This document shows positions 34,072 to 41,089 of a stretch of 41,089 nt of DNA, in pieces. Position numbers and translations under genes: made by a program. How positions within the stretch are numbered: the first letter of the stretch is position 1; each line of letters begins with the position of its first letter. Source of the stretch: a virus; UHGV virus genome UHGV-1357962; one strand, given 5' to 3'. The notes under the pieces were generated by a model. That model did no database searches. It was not told the origin of the DNA and saw nothing but the letters and a program-made list of their open reading frames with translations.

Positions 34072-35455
34072 ACTTTCCGCCGACGAAATCGCCACACTGC
34101 GATGCGACCTCCTGGAGTTTTCCAAATACATGTTCAAGGCCCGAAAGGGCTTTGACTTTGTGGAGAACTGGCATCACGCGAAAATCTGTGAGGCACTGGA
34201 GCGATGCTTTATCGGCCAGTACAAGCGCCTGATTATCAATATCCCCCCTCGATACTCAAAGACCGAGCTTGCCGTTGTCAACTTCATGGCCTGGGCTATC
34301 GGGAACTACCCGGATTGCGAATTTATCCACGCCAGCTACTCCAAGCGACTTGCTGCCAATAATACCTACCAGGCCCGCGCTATCGCCATGTCAGAGGAAT
34401 ATCATGCTGTGTTTGGTGATATCGGCATGATGGCGGATGCCAAGGCCAAGGATGAATGGCGCACGAAAACAGGCGGCTGCGTCTATGCCACTGGCTCTGA
34501 AGGCACAATCACAGGGTACGGTGCGGGCAGGCTGCGTGAAGGATTCGGCGGCGCAATCATAATTGACGATCCGCATAAGGCAAGCGAGGCTAATTCTGAC
34601 ACCATGCGCCAGAATGTCATTGACTGGTTCCAGACCACGATGGAGTCGCGTCTGAACAGCCCTGACACGCCAATTATCGTTATTATGCAGCGGCTACACG
34701 AGGAAGACCTTGCAGGATGGCTACAGGCTGGCGGCAATGGCGAGGAATGGCATGTACTTAGTATTCCTGCCATAAACCCTGATGACACCGCTTTGTGGCC
34801 CTTTAAGCACTCCCGAGAGAAGCTGGCAGAGATGGAGGCCAGTAATCCCTACGTGTTCGCAGGTCAGTACATGCAGCGCCCTGCACCAAAAGGCGGCGGC
34901 CTGTTCAAAGACAGCTGGTGGCAGTGGTACGACAACAGCTTTGTACACCCGGAGTGGGATTATCGCGTTATATACGCAGATACCGCGCTCAAAACAAAAG
35001 AGCACAACGACTGGTCTGTATTCCAGTGCTGGGGATTTAAAAACGGACACGCCTATCTCCTGGACCAGATTCGTGGTAAATGGGAAGCGCCAGAACTCAT
35101 CAAACAGGCTCGCGCATTCTGGGATTTGCACAAATCACCCATTAACCGTGGCGTTGTTCGTGGAATGAAGATTGAGGATAAGGCTAGTGGAACCGGGCTG
35201 ATTCAGACCCTGAAGATGGAAGGCGTTCCGGTAATCCCGATTCAGCGATCGGTTGATAAATTCACTCGCGCTCTGGATGTCCTTCCACAGATTGAAGCTG
35301 GGCTGGTTCACCTGCCGAAGGATGCTCCGTGGATGCCCGCATACATCGGTGAGTTTTCTGTATTCCCTAACGGGAAGCACGATGACCAGGTTGACCCTAC
35401 GCTAGACGCCATATCTGACAACCTTGTCACCGGCTACAACCTTTCCGCCTGGTAA
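34055..35455 (+). CDS. Terminase large subunit (466 aa).
   Basis: An N-terminal ATPase region (...HHAKICEALERCF...RLIINIPPRYSKTEL...) and a C-terminal nuclease domain with acidic residues (IYADTAL...DWSVFQ...). Confidence 0.8.
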   Translation: MKPKSKLSADEIATLRCDLLEFSKYMFKARKGFDFVENWHHAKICEALERCFIGQYKRLIINIPPRYSKTELAVVNFMAWAIGNYPDCEFIHASYSKRLAANNTYQARAIAMSEEYHAVFGDIGMMADAKAKDEWRTKTGGCVYATGSEGTITGYGAGRLREGFGGAIIIDDPHKASEANSDTMRQNVIDWFQTTMESRLNSPDTPIIVIMQRLHEEDLAGWLQAGGNGEEWHVLSIPAINPDDTALWPFKHSREKLAEMEASNPYVFAGQYMQRPAPKGGGLFKDSWWQWYDNSFVHPEWDYRVIYADTALKTKEHNDWSVFQCWGFKNGHAYLLDQIRGKWEAPELIKQARAFWDLHKSPINRGVVRGMKIEDKASGTGLIQTLKMEGVPVIPIQRSVDKFTRALDVLPQIEAGLVHLPKDAPWMPAYIGEFSVFPNGKHDDQVDPTLDAISDNLVTGYNLSAW

Positions 35456-35484
35456 AAGAAAAGCCCCATTACGGGGCTTATTTG
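35456..35484. terminator. Bidirectional terminator between terL (+) and the convergent - strand early cluster (AGCCCC-atta-CGGGGCT).
   Basis: GC stem overlapping the stop of the gene at 35478. UUCUUUU follows on the - strand and UAUUUG on the + strand. Confidence 0.6.
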
Positions 35485-35687
35485 ACTATTACACCTAAAA
35501 CTTTCTCTGGCTTTTCCTTCTCAATGTTTTTGATGTAGGTCATTGCTTGCTCCACGTTTTCGCAATAAGTGAGTGTAACCCACCAGAATATAGCCACTCG
35601 CTTCTGTACAGCCGGGGTTATTATTTCCATGCCAGAAGGCGTTTCCCATCTCACAGTGACAATGCGATGATTGCTAAGCAATTTCAT
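35478..35687 (-). CDS. Hypothetical 69-aa protein.
   Basis: ATGA-coupled to the upstream gene. Confidence 0.4.
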   Translation of the reverse strand: MKLLSNHRIVTVRWETPSGMEIITPAVQKRVAIFWWVTLTYCENVEQAMTYIKNIEKEKPEKVLGVIVK

Positions 35688-36100
35688 CGTGCAACCTCCA
35701 ATCCTGGCAATTCACCACACCCATAAAACCAAAGTATGCGTTTCGTCGCCGGGCTTTGTTTGCAGGACTCAAAGATAGTATTGTTCTTGCGCTTCGGCTT
35801 CCCCTGATTTAGTTCGATATCATCAAGTCCAAGATACTCCCGCATTTCTCGCGTAACAGTGAATGAGTTAAGTAGCTTCTTCGTTGGATAGTAGGCATTG
35901 CACTTGAATCCGCGCCTGCCTTTGTCTTCAATCCTCCTTGTCTTGAATAACCCCTGCGCAACAATGCAGTGCAGCGCGGTCCCAATTGTTGCGCTTGGTG
36001 TTTTTGTCCATATCATCCGCTGAATTACTGCCATCGTAACGCCAGGTTTAAGAATAACAATTGCTTTGATGATGTCGCGCAGTGCTATTTTCCTGTTCAT
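35684..36100 (-). CDS. Putative winged-helix DNA-binding protein (138 aa).
   Basis: A basic protein with a helix-turn-helix-like central segment (TIGTALHCIVAQGLFKTRRIEDKGRRG). ATGA-coupled. Confidence 0.4.
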   Translation of the reverse strand: MNRKIALRDIIKAIVILKPGVTMAVIQRMIWTKTPSATIGTALHCIVAQGLFKTRRIEDKGRRGFKCNAYYPTKKLLNSFTVTREMREYLGLDDIELNQGKPKRKNNTIFESCKQSPATKRILWFYGCGELPGLEVAR

Positions 36101-36525
36101 TTATCGCCTCTGCTGAGTGATTCGAACTGCTGATTTGCGTTATCCGTTACTGCGCTGTCCATATCGGCAAGGAACATGTTTCCTATAACCTTTGCGCGGC
36201 AGGCGTTCCATCCGACAGCTTTTCCGTGTTCAAACGCGCTGTCAAAGTCATCATCCATTTCCATCGCAGCAGGCACAGATACCGGCGCTGGCGGTGCGGT
36301 GTAAACGGCCACGTGAGTTGAACTGTATCGATAGGCTTCACGGTCATTCGATAACCCGCAACTGCCTGTTTTCTCATATGCCGCTTTATGCACATATCCA
36401 TATGGCTCCGCTTCGAGCGATGCCAGCGCGATACGCGCCAGCTCAGCCGCTTCGTCATCTTGAACGCAATACCATGCGTTTCCAGATGCTAATTGTTCCA
36501 GACGTTCTTTGGGAATAGTGCTCAT
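36097..36525 (-). CDS. Hypothetical early protein (142 aa).
   Basis: ATGA-coupled. No domain recognised. Confidence 0.45.
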   Translation of the reverse strand: MSTIPKERLEQLASGNAWYCVQDDEAAELARIALASLEAEPYGYVHKAAYEKTGSCGLSNDREAYRYSSTHVAVYTAPPAPVSVPAAMEMDDDFDSAFEHGKAVGWNACRAKVIGNMFLADMDSAVTDNANQQFESLSRGDK

Positions 36526-36959
36526 GATGCCTCTCCTTTACCTGCTTCGGTGACGTTTATTCCAGCGTTGTGCAGTGCCTCAAGAACCTGATGCTGCCTG
36601 TAAACCATTTCAGTGTGGTAAGGCTCGTCAAAATCGACGCGATGCAACATGCTATAGCATTGCGGAAGCACAACCTCCCGCAACTGCAGCTCAGCAATGC
36701 GCTTCTCTGCGGCTTCCAGCTCAACACGCAGTTTCCCTACCGTTAGCGCAATTTCCTCGTTCTCCTGATCGCGGAGTTTGATGTATTGCTGGTTCCTTTC
36801 CCGTTCATCCAGCAGTGCCAGCGCGATATCTGGCGAAAAGTGCTTCATAAAATCGTTAAGCGCATTAATTCGCTGATCGAAAGGCATTACAGGTGCTTCA
36901 CCAGCAATTTTTGTTTTTTCAGCGATTTCACGAAGCTTTTGATAATCAATCTTGCTCAC
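36522..36959 (-). CDS. Ead/Ea22-like coiled-coil early protein (145 aa), GTG start.
   Basis: Strong AGGAGG RBS before the GTG. GTGA overlap with the upstream stop. Charged coiled-coil composition typical of lambdoid Ea22-like proteins. Confidence 0.45.
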   Translation of the reverse strand: MSKIDYQKLREIAEKTKIAGEAPVMPFDQRINALNDFMKHFSPDIALALLDERERNQQYIKLRDQENEEIALTVGKLRVELEAAEKRIAELQLREVVLPQCYSMLHRVDFDEPYHTEMVYRQHQVLEALHNAGINVTEAGKGEAS

Positions 36960-37573
36960 TGGTTGCCTCCTTTGCTAATTTGCTCCCTGAACAAGCGGGC
37001 TGAGACGATGATGTCTCTGATGCGTACTGATTTTTCGTCGAACTGATCACCACCGTTTTTAATATGCGCATCCAGTTCTGCACTGTGATGCTGGATGAAA
37101 GCGTTGAGGCACTTAGCCCGCACTTCAGCCAGGAAAGCGTCTGTGGCTGGGGTTTCAGTGAACTCGCTAACCCAGTCAGGGCCAAACTCTTCGGCGCACA
37201 TCTTATCGAACTCACGCTCAGATTCTTTCAGCGCCGCATTCTCCGCCGCCATCGACGAAAACTTCTCGTGCGCCAACTTAACGGCTGCATCTGCCTGCCT
37301 CATTGCCTCCATTGCTTTCTCGTTATCAGCAGCCAGCGCCGAGCACTTGGCCTCAAGGTTATCAATCGTGATTCCAGCAGAACGACACTCCCGCAACGCC
37401 GTTTCCAGTTTTGATTCAAGTTCGGCAAACTTATCAGCCACTGACTTCGGCCCGTCTTCGCCGCAAGCCCGCATCATTGATGACTCCCACGCCCTTTCTG
37501 CTGCTTCAGATAGCTTTAATTGCACTTCAAGTAATGCAATCTTTGCTTCAATCTCTTCGTGGGTTGGATTCAT
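36956..37573 (-). CDS. Ead/Ea22-like coiled-coil protein (205 aa).
   Basis: Long Ala/Glu/Lys-rich coiled coil. Confidence 0.45.
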   Translation of the reverse strand: MNPTHEEIEAKIALLEVQLKLSEAAERAWESSMMRACGEDGPKSVADKFAELESKLETALRECRSAGITIDNLEAKCSALAADNEKAMEAMRQADAAVKLAHEKFSSMAAENAALKESEREFDKMCAEEFGPDWVSEFTETPATDAFLAEVRAKCLNAFIQHHSAELDAHIKNGGDQFDEKSVRIRDIIVSARLFREQISKGGNQ

Positions 37574-37734
37574 TTCTTCTGCTCCGCTAAAAATTTATCA
37601 ATGTAACGATTCTGGTCTGTACCAGGGAAGCTGTTGCGAGCGATGACCTGCTCGCGTGTCTCTGGCTTGGGTTGTCGCCCGCTCTTCCCGCCGACGCACA
37701 CCTTTGCTCCGTAACCAAGCATTTCATTGCTCAT
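37570..37734 (-). CDS. Unlisted small ORF (54 aa, MSNEMLGYGAKVCVGGKSGRQPKPETREQV...).
   Basis: AGGAG 9-10 nt upstream of the ATG. Its stop overlaps the start of the gene at 37573 (ATGA). Confidence 0.3.
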   Translation of the reverse strand: MSNEMLGYGAKVCVGGKSGRQPKPETREQVIARNSFPGTDQNRYIDKFLAEQKK

Positions 37735-37966
37735 ATTTGTACATCTCCTCTAAATCTGCCTGTGCTTCAATTCGTGAGCGCTGACGCTCAATATCTTCCT
37801 CTGTTGGCTCATCCTGCCAGTTGTCGGCGTGGATGCGTTCGTCTCGATCAATTGGGCAATGACGGTCAAGCATTAATCGCCTCCCGAAGCAGGCGCATTG
37901 CCTCTTTCCATGCGCCTTTACTTCTGCACTTAACTGCCAGTTTTGCCGCCCGTTGTGCTGATTCAA
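37724..37966 (-). CDS. Questionable 80-aa ORF (TTG start, no RBS).
   Basis: Only a TTG start is available and no Shine-Dalgarno sequence is present. It overlaps the better-supported small ORF 37570..37734. Confidence 0.2.
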   Translation of the reverse strand: MNQHNGRQNWQLSAEVKAHGKRQCACFGRRLMLDRHCPIDRDERIHADNWQDEPTEEDIERQRSRIEAQADLEEMYKYEQ

Positions 37967-37995
37967 ATTTCTGCTGATTCATACTAACTCCCGTG

Positions 37996-38024
37996 TTGAT
38001 ATGAGTAAGATTACCATGTATTAT
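37996..38024 (+). promoter_or_regulatory. Rightward sigma70-like promoter (TTGATA-17-TATTAT) whose predicted start coincides with the conserved ATGTCAACCACA element.
   Basis: Hexamers at 37996-38001 and 38019-38024. The leader reads GTCAACCACAATGTGAGG followed by the ATG at 38056. On the - strand the same element gives TTGACA (38035..38030). Confidence 0.5.
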
Positions 38025-38035
38025 GTTCATGTCAA
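38008..38035 (-). promoter_or_regulatory. Possible divergent leftward promoter (GTGGTTGACAT -35, 16-nt spacer, TAATCT -10) for the 37966-35478 early cluster.
   Basis: Perfect -35 but a weak -10. It is the only promoter-like sequence upstream of this - strand cluster. Confidence 0.25.
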
Positions 38036-38055
38036 CCACAATGTGAGGTATTGAG

Positions 38056-38415
38056 ATGAAAGATTATGCGAGCATGAGTGATTTTGAGATTAACCGGGCT
38101 GTCGGTGATATCATCTTTGGTGGATTATGGTGCTGCAGACCTGGTACATCAGGGAATGAAAGTGATAGCTGGTACTATGGAAATGCAGATGCGACATTCA
38201 ATCCGCTCTCTCCTTTGCCTGACTACTGCAACAACCAGGCAGACGCTTGGCCGATTATTACGGGAAATCGCATTGGGGTTATACCAGCTCCAGAGCATGG
38301 TGCGTGGCGGGCAGCCCACCGAGTTATTGGAGAAGATAGCAATCCTCGCCACTTTACCCAGGACACCAACCCGCTCCGCGCCGCCATGATTGTATTCCTG
38401 AAGATGAAGGAGTGA
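38056..38415 (+). CDS. NinX-like protein (DUF2591), 119 aa.
   Basis: DYASMSDFEINRAVGDII...NNQADAWPIITGNRIGV...NPLRAAMIVFLKMKE matches the NinX/DUF2591 pattern. Confidence 0.65.
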   Translation: MKDYASMSDFEINRAVGDIIFGGLWCCRPGTSGNESDSWYYGNADATFNPLSPLPDYCNNQADAWPIITGNRIGVIPAPEHGAWRAAHRVIGEDSNPRHFTQDTNPLRAAMIVFLKMKE

Positions 38416-38419
38416 GAAA

Positions 38420-38551
38420 ATGATTAAATGGATGCCAATGTTTTTCCTGGTGCTGTCGGCAATATTCTCGGCAGCTATCAACCGCGATATCTCTGCGGCT
38501 GTGTACCTTAGTGCGGCTGGGATTTGCTTCTGCCTCGGGAGGATGAAATGA
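38420..38551 (+). CDS. Unlisted small hydrophobic peptide (43 aa, MIKWMPMFFLVLSAIFSAAINRDISAAVYLSAAGICFCLGRMK).
   Basis: AAGGAG RBS 7 nt upstream. Two hydrophobic stretches. Its stop overlaps the next ATG (ATGAAATGA). Confidence 0.4.
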   Translation: MIKWMPMFFLVLSAIFSAAINRDISAAVYLSAAGICFCLGRMK

Positions 38552-38715
38552 AATGGTGGCTGATTGAGCGGTGGTATTTTAGCAATGGACTTCGACGAAG
38601 AGGGGTTTACTCTGCCCGCTACTACTTCGCCCGCGCACGCCATGCAACCATGCGAGATATGGACATAATACGCATCAGTGAAAGAAGTCTTTCATGCGCG
38701 AGAAGTTCACGATAA
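38548..38715 (+). CDS. Hypothetical Arg/aromatic-rich 55-aa protein. Its 3' end overlaps the convergent XhlA-like gene.
   Basis: Coupled start (GGGAGG RBS). Convergent overlap with 38675..38992 on the - strand. Confidence 0.3.
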   Translation: MKWWLIERWYFSNGLRRRGVYSARYYFARARHATMRDMDIIRISERSLSCARSSR

Positions 38716-38992
38716 TGAAAGTACAGGCGGCGGCCACGCCGCCTAACCACCATACCTTCCCTTTCAGCTTCTCTACATCCTTCGTCATTGCGTCAACATC
38801 ACGACGCAGCTCAACTATCTGCTGAATGCTTGCATTCTGGCGCTCAATGCTAATCTGTATGGCATGAATAGACTCCGACACGCGGTTAAGCGCCTGGCTC
38901 ACATCCCTTTGTGCATCTGCAAGGTTCGCAAGATTCGTCTCAACCTTCGTAAGCCGCTCTTCGACTGTAGACATGTTCATCCTTTTTGGCAT
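38675..38992 (-). CDS. Coiled-coil protein with a C-terminal TM anchor (XhlA/holin-associated-like), ~105 aa from the ATG at 38992.
   Basis: GGGGG RBS. An N-terminal coiled coil (ERLTKVETNLANLADAQRD...) and a C-terminal TM helix (VWWLGGVAAACTFIIVNF). Confidence 0.4.
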   Translation of the reverse strand: MPKRMNMSTVEERLTKVETNLANLADAQRDVSQALNRVSESIHAIQISIERQNASIQQIVELRRDVDAMTKDVEKLKGKVWWLGGVAAACTFIIVNFSRMKDFFH

Positions 38993-39082
38993 ATGCACCC
39001 CCTTTATTCTTTCCATAGGGTACGCGCCTGCCTTTGAGTGAATATACTGGAACAATCTTGAAATTGTAACAGATTGCGTACA

Positions 39083-39106
39083 GGATGAAAAACCCGCCGA
39101 AGCGGG
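39083..39106 (-). terminator. Rho-independent terminator of the - strand SSB operon (CCCGC-ttcg-GCGGG followed by a U run on the - strand).
   Basis: Perfect stem. TTTTTC follows on the - strand, just downstream of the SSB stop. Confidence 0.65.
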
Positions 39107-39126
39107 TTTGGTAATGCGGTGGGGAA

Positions 39127-39651
39127 TTAGATGGCGTAGATTCTCGATTTTCCGTACTGCAATCCAAATGGAGCAAACGGGATGTCGTCATCAAAGTTAG
39201 TAGGCGGAACACTCGGGCCGGATTGCGCTGGATTGCTCTGCTGCTGCGTCTTTTGTTGTTGAGGTTGCCCCCATCCGCCTTGTTGCTGAGGCTTTCCATC
39301 CTGCTTGCTGCCAATCATCTGCATCACGCCGTTCATACCAACGACAATCTCGGTGGTGTATTTCTCCTGACCTGATTGGTCGGTCCATTTGCGGGTGCGG
39401 AGCTGGCCTTCGATGTAAACCTGGGAGCCTTTGCGCAGATATTCACCTGCCACCTCTGCCAGCTTGCCGAACAGGACGACGCGATGCCATTCGACCGCCT
39501 CGCGTTTCTCGCCGGTTGCCTTATCATTCCACGATTCAGACGTTGCCACCGTCAGGTTTGCGATTGCGCTACCTGACGCGGTGTACTTTACCTCGGGGTC
39601 ATTGCCGATGTTGCCGACCAAAATTACTTTGTTGACGCCACGTGATGCCAT
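39127..39651 (-). CDS. ssb: Single-stranded DNA-binding protein.
   Basis: OB-fold N-terminus ([33 protein letters not shown]...), a Gly/Gln-rich linker and an acidic C-terminal tip DDDIPF. Confidence 0.85.
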   Translation of the reverse strand: MASRGVNKVILVGNIGNDPEVKYTASGSAIANLTVATSESWNDKATGEKREAVEWHRVVLFGKLAEVAGEYLRKGSQVYIEGQLRTRKWTDQSGQEKYTTEIVVGMNGVMQMIGSKQDGKPQQQGGWGQPQQQKTQQQSNPAQSGPSVPPTNFDDDIPFAPFGLQYGKSRIYAI

Positions 39652-40520
39652 TATTTATTCTCCTTGCTGTAAACTTTAATTTCTCCAGATGATATTGCGT
39701 CGTAAATTCTTTCGGCATCCTGAAAAAATGTTCCTCTACCAATCAGGAGGGCAATGTCATTTATGGCAGACTCACGCAGCTTTTCCGCCTCGGAGCGCAG
39801 TGGGCGGAAATTATCGACATTCCAAACTACAAAAGACTGGCTTCCATCAGATGGTTTAAGCCACGCATCCTCGCCGTCATAACAAAGAACCGTTACAGCA
39901 ATCCATTCGTGGTCGCCGCTTGCAAGCCACTCACACTCAACACCAACTGGAGGCAATCCCTCCCCTCTCCACTCAGGAGCAACATCCTGACCAATACACT
40001 CATTCAGGTCGTCTTCTTCATCCTTTTCCGTCATGCCAGCATAATCACGCCATGCGTCAGCGCGCACCTGTTCTGATTTCGTCGTCTGGTGCAGCCGGTA
40101 GGCGATGATGTCACCGTCAATGCCATCATGTGACCAGGTAAAATCTCCGGCTCTGTCATTATTGAACTGGTACGGGCTAGGCTTCCGGTATTTGACTTCG
40201 ACAATTTCGTCACTATCAACCGGACACTCACCTCCAGCCCATTGAATCCAGCCATTATGGCCAACAACGGCTTTGCTGGCAGCCAGCGCGTATTCGTATT
40301 GCTCTCGGGTGATGATTGCGGTGTCGTAATCGCTGGCCGTAATTGTGTGAAACTCATTTCCGCACCAGTCTCCATCATGCCAGGCGACCAAGCCAAATAC
40401 AGGTGTTGCACCTTCAGAGAAATTCACCCCTCCATCTTCATCTTGTGTGGCATTTAGCGCACCATCAGGCCAACCACCACGACGCGGTAACTCTTTAACC
40501 AGCAAGTCGATAAGTTTCAT
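39651..40520 (-). CDS. Hypothetical 289-aa protein with an internal duplication (two W/C-rich ~90-aa units).
   Basis: The ATG at 40520 has a GGAG RBS. Repeated motif: [20 protein letters not shown] and [23 protein letters not shown]-coupled to ssb. Confidence 0.5.
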   Translation of the reverse strand: MKLIDLLVKELPRRGGWPDGALNATQDEDGGVNFSEGATPVFGLVAWHDGDWCGNEFHTITASDYDTAIITREQYEYALAASKAVVGHNGWIQWAGGECPVDSDEIVEVKYRKPSPYQFNNDRAGDFTWSHDGIDGDIIAYRLHQTTKSEQVRADAWRDYAGMTEKDEEDDLNECIGQDVAPEWRGEGLPPVGVECEWLASGDHEWIAVTVLCYDGEDAWLKPSDGSQSFVVWNVDNFRPLRSEAEKLRESAINDIALLIGRGTFFQDAERIYDAISSGEIKVYSKENK

Positions 40521-40521
40521 T

Positions 40522-40782
40522 CTATTCTCCGAGTGCTTTGTTGATTGCTGCTTGTGCTGATTGAAGCTCTTCTGGGTATGCATCATTCCAGTTTTGCTTA
40601 TACGCTTTGCTGACCATTTTCTGCAAGGCCTCCAGCAATTCAGGCGCTGCGGCGATAAGGTCTTTGTTTGCTTTGTTTGTCATTTCGGCAGGGTATCCCT
40701 TTCCGAACACGATGTGATTATTGTTGCCAAGACCTTCTTCATCCCAATACCACGGACCAGGCGTACCTTTAAACTCTTTCAC
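40522..40782 (-). CDS. Hypothetical 86-aa protein (GTG start, GGAG RBS), first gene of the leftward operon.
   Basis: GGAG 7 nt upstream of the GTG. Downstream of the candidate promoter at 40840..40813. Confidence 0.4.
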   Translation of the reverse strand: MKEFKGTPGPWYWDEEGLGNNNHIVFGKGYPAEMTNKANKDLIAAAPELLEALQKMVSKAYKQNWNDAYPEELQSAQAAINKALGE

Positions 40783-40812
40783 ATTCTTTCTCCACTTGTT
40801 GTTGATTGGGAA

Positions 40813-40840
40813 ATCTTAACTCATCCAGCTCTTATGTCAA
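40813..40840 (-). promoter_or_regulatory. Leftward promoter (GTGGTTGACAT -35, 16-nt spacer, TAAGAT -10). Contains the conserved element.
   Basis: Perfect TTGACA at 40840..40835 and TAAGAT at 40818..40813, then the leader and GGAG RBS of the gene at 40782. Confidence 0.4.
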
Positions 40841-40887
40841 CCACTATATCAATCTATTTTCACCAGTGTCATTTTGTGCTCTTTCTT

Positions 40888-40916
40888 TTGACTTTTTCTT
40901 TTTTATATGTTAAATT
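40888..40916 (+). promoter_or_regulatory. Rightward promoter of the endolysin/lysis operon (TTGACT-17-TAAATT) with a ~100-nt structured leader.
   Basis: Hexamers at 40888-93 and 40911-16. The leader contains the hairpin CGCCG-AC-AGGCA-agta-TGCCT-C-GGCGG (40951-40977) before the RBS TGAGG and the ATG at 41020. Confidence 0.45.
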
Positions 40917-41019
40917 GGCTACGCTTCCAAGGGTGGCAGCGTGGCATCGCCGACAGGCAAGTATGCCTCGGCGGCCCACTGGTTGCGAATCGAGCCAAAA
41001 CATAACAATGAGGTTTTTT

Positions 41020-41089
41020 ATGCCCCCGGTTATAAAGTCAATTATTGACGACATCATCAAGGCCGAAGGTGGTTACTCAAATAACCCAA
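41020..41089 (+). CDS. Endolysin, N-terminal 23 codons (partial). Continues at 1..479 across the window junction.
   Basis: MPPVIKSIIDDIIKAEGGYSNNP is the GH108 N-terminal motif (EGGY...). RBS TGAGG. Confidence 0.75.
   Translation, partial: MPPVIKSIIDDIIKAEGGYSNNP

Noticed and set aside
1-41089. Search for integrase, CI/Cro repressor, tRNA genes and CRISPR arrays.
   Set aside because: No ORF has tyrosine- or serine-recombinase hallmarks. I spotted no direct-repeat/spacer arrays or tRNA-like motifs by eye. Absence is not proven without profile searches.

Overview
This window reads as a complete circular, or circularly permuted, tailed-phage genome of 41,089 bp. A GH108/PG_binding_3 endolysin gene starts at 41020, runs off the window end and continues in frame at position 1 (...EGGYSNNP|NDSGGETMYGITK...). 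The + strand carries a late morphogenesis block. It begins with the lysis cassette, a ~630-bp non-coding block and a small moron. A Mu-like head module follows (portal, MuF-like, protease/scaffold, decoration-like, major capsid), then connector and neck genes. The contractile-tail module is P2/Mu-like: a 490-aa sheath-like protein, a 137-aa tube-like protein, a G/GT chaperone with a -1 slippery site, tape measure, baseplate hub, spike, W-, J- and I-like proteins, and an 810-aa beta-helix tailspike inserted between the W-like and J-like genes. The tail module ends with short fiber genes. A long - strand early operon (23555-32103) encodes a YqaJ exonuclease, RecT, VRR-NUC, an SF2 helicase, a ParB-like nuclease-domain protein, a DnaB-like helicase, an orphan C5-cytosine methyltransferase and a cluster of tiny Zn-ribbon proteins. 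A + strand regulatory/terminase block (32377-35455) and a second - strand early cluster (35478-37966) with Ead/Ea22-like proteins follow. NinX-like, SSB and small membrane-peptide genes lie next to them. I found no integrase, CI/Cro-type repressor, tRNA or CRISPR array. The most unusual leads are as follows. First, a conserved intergenic element (+ strand ...TAT[A/T]AT-GTCAACCAC; - strand GTGGTTGACATAAT) occurs at least seven times, always at promoter positions and always in the same absolute orientation. Second, a structured, repeat-rich 630-bp non-coding block sits between the lysis genes and the portal. Third, an AT-rich moron cassette between the tail tube and the tail chaperone has its own promoter and terminators; it encodes a Zn-ribbon/TM2 membrane protein and a truncated beta-sliding-clamp (DnaN C-terminal) homolog. 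Fourth, the lysis module has a non-canonical layout with a long structured leader upstream of the endolysin. All functional calls are inferred from protein motifs I recognise by eye; no database searches were run.
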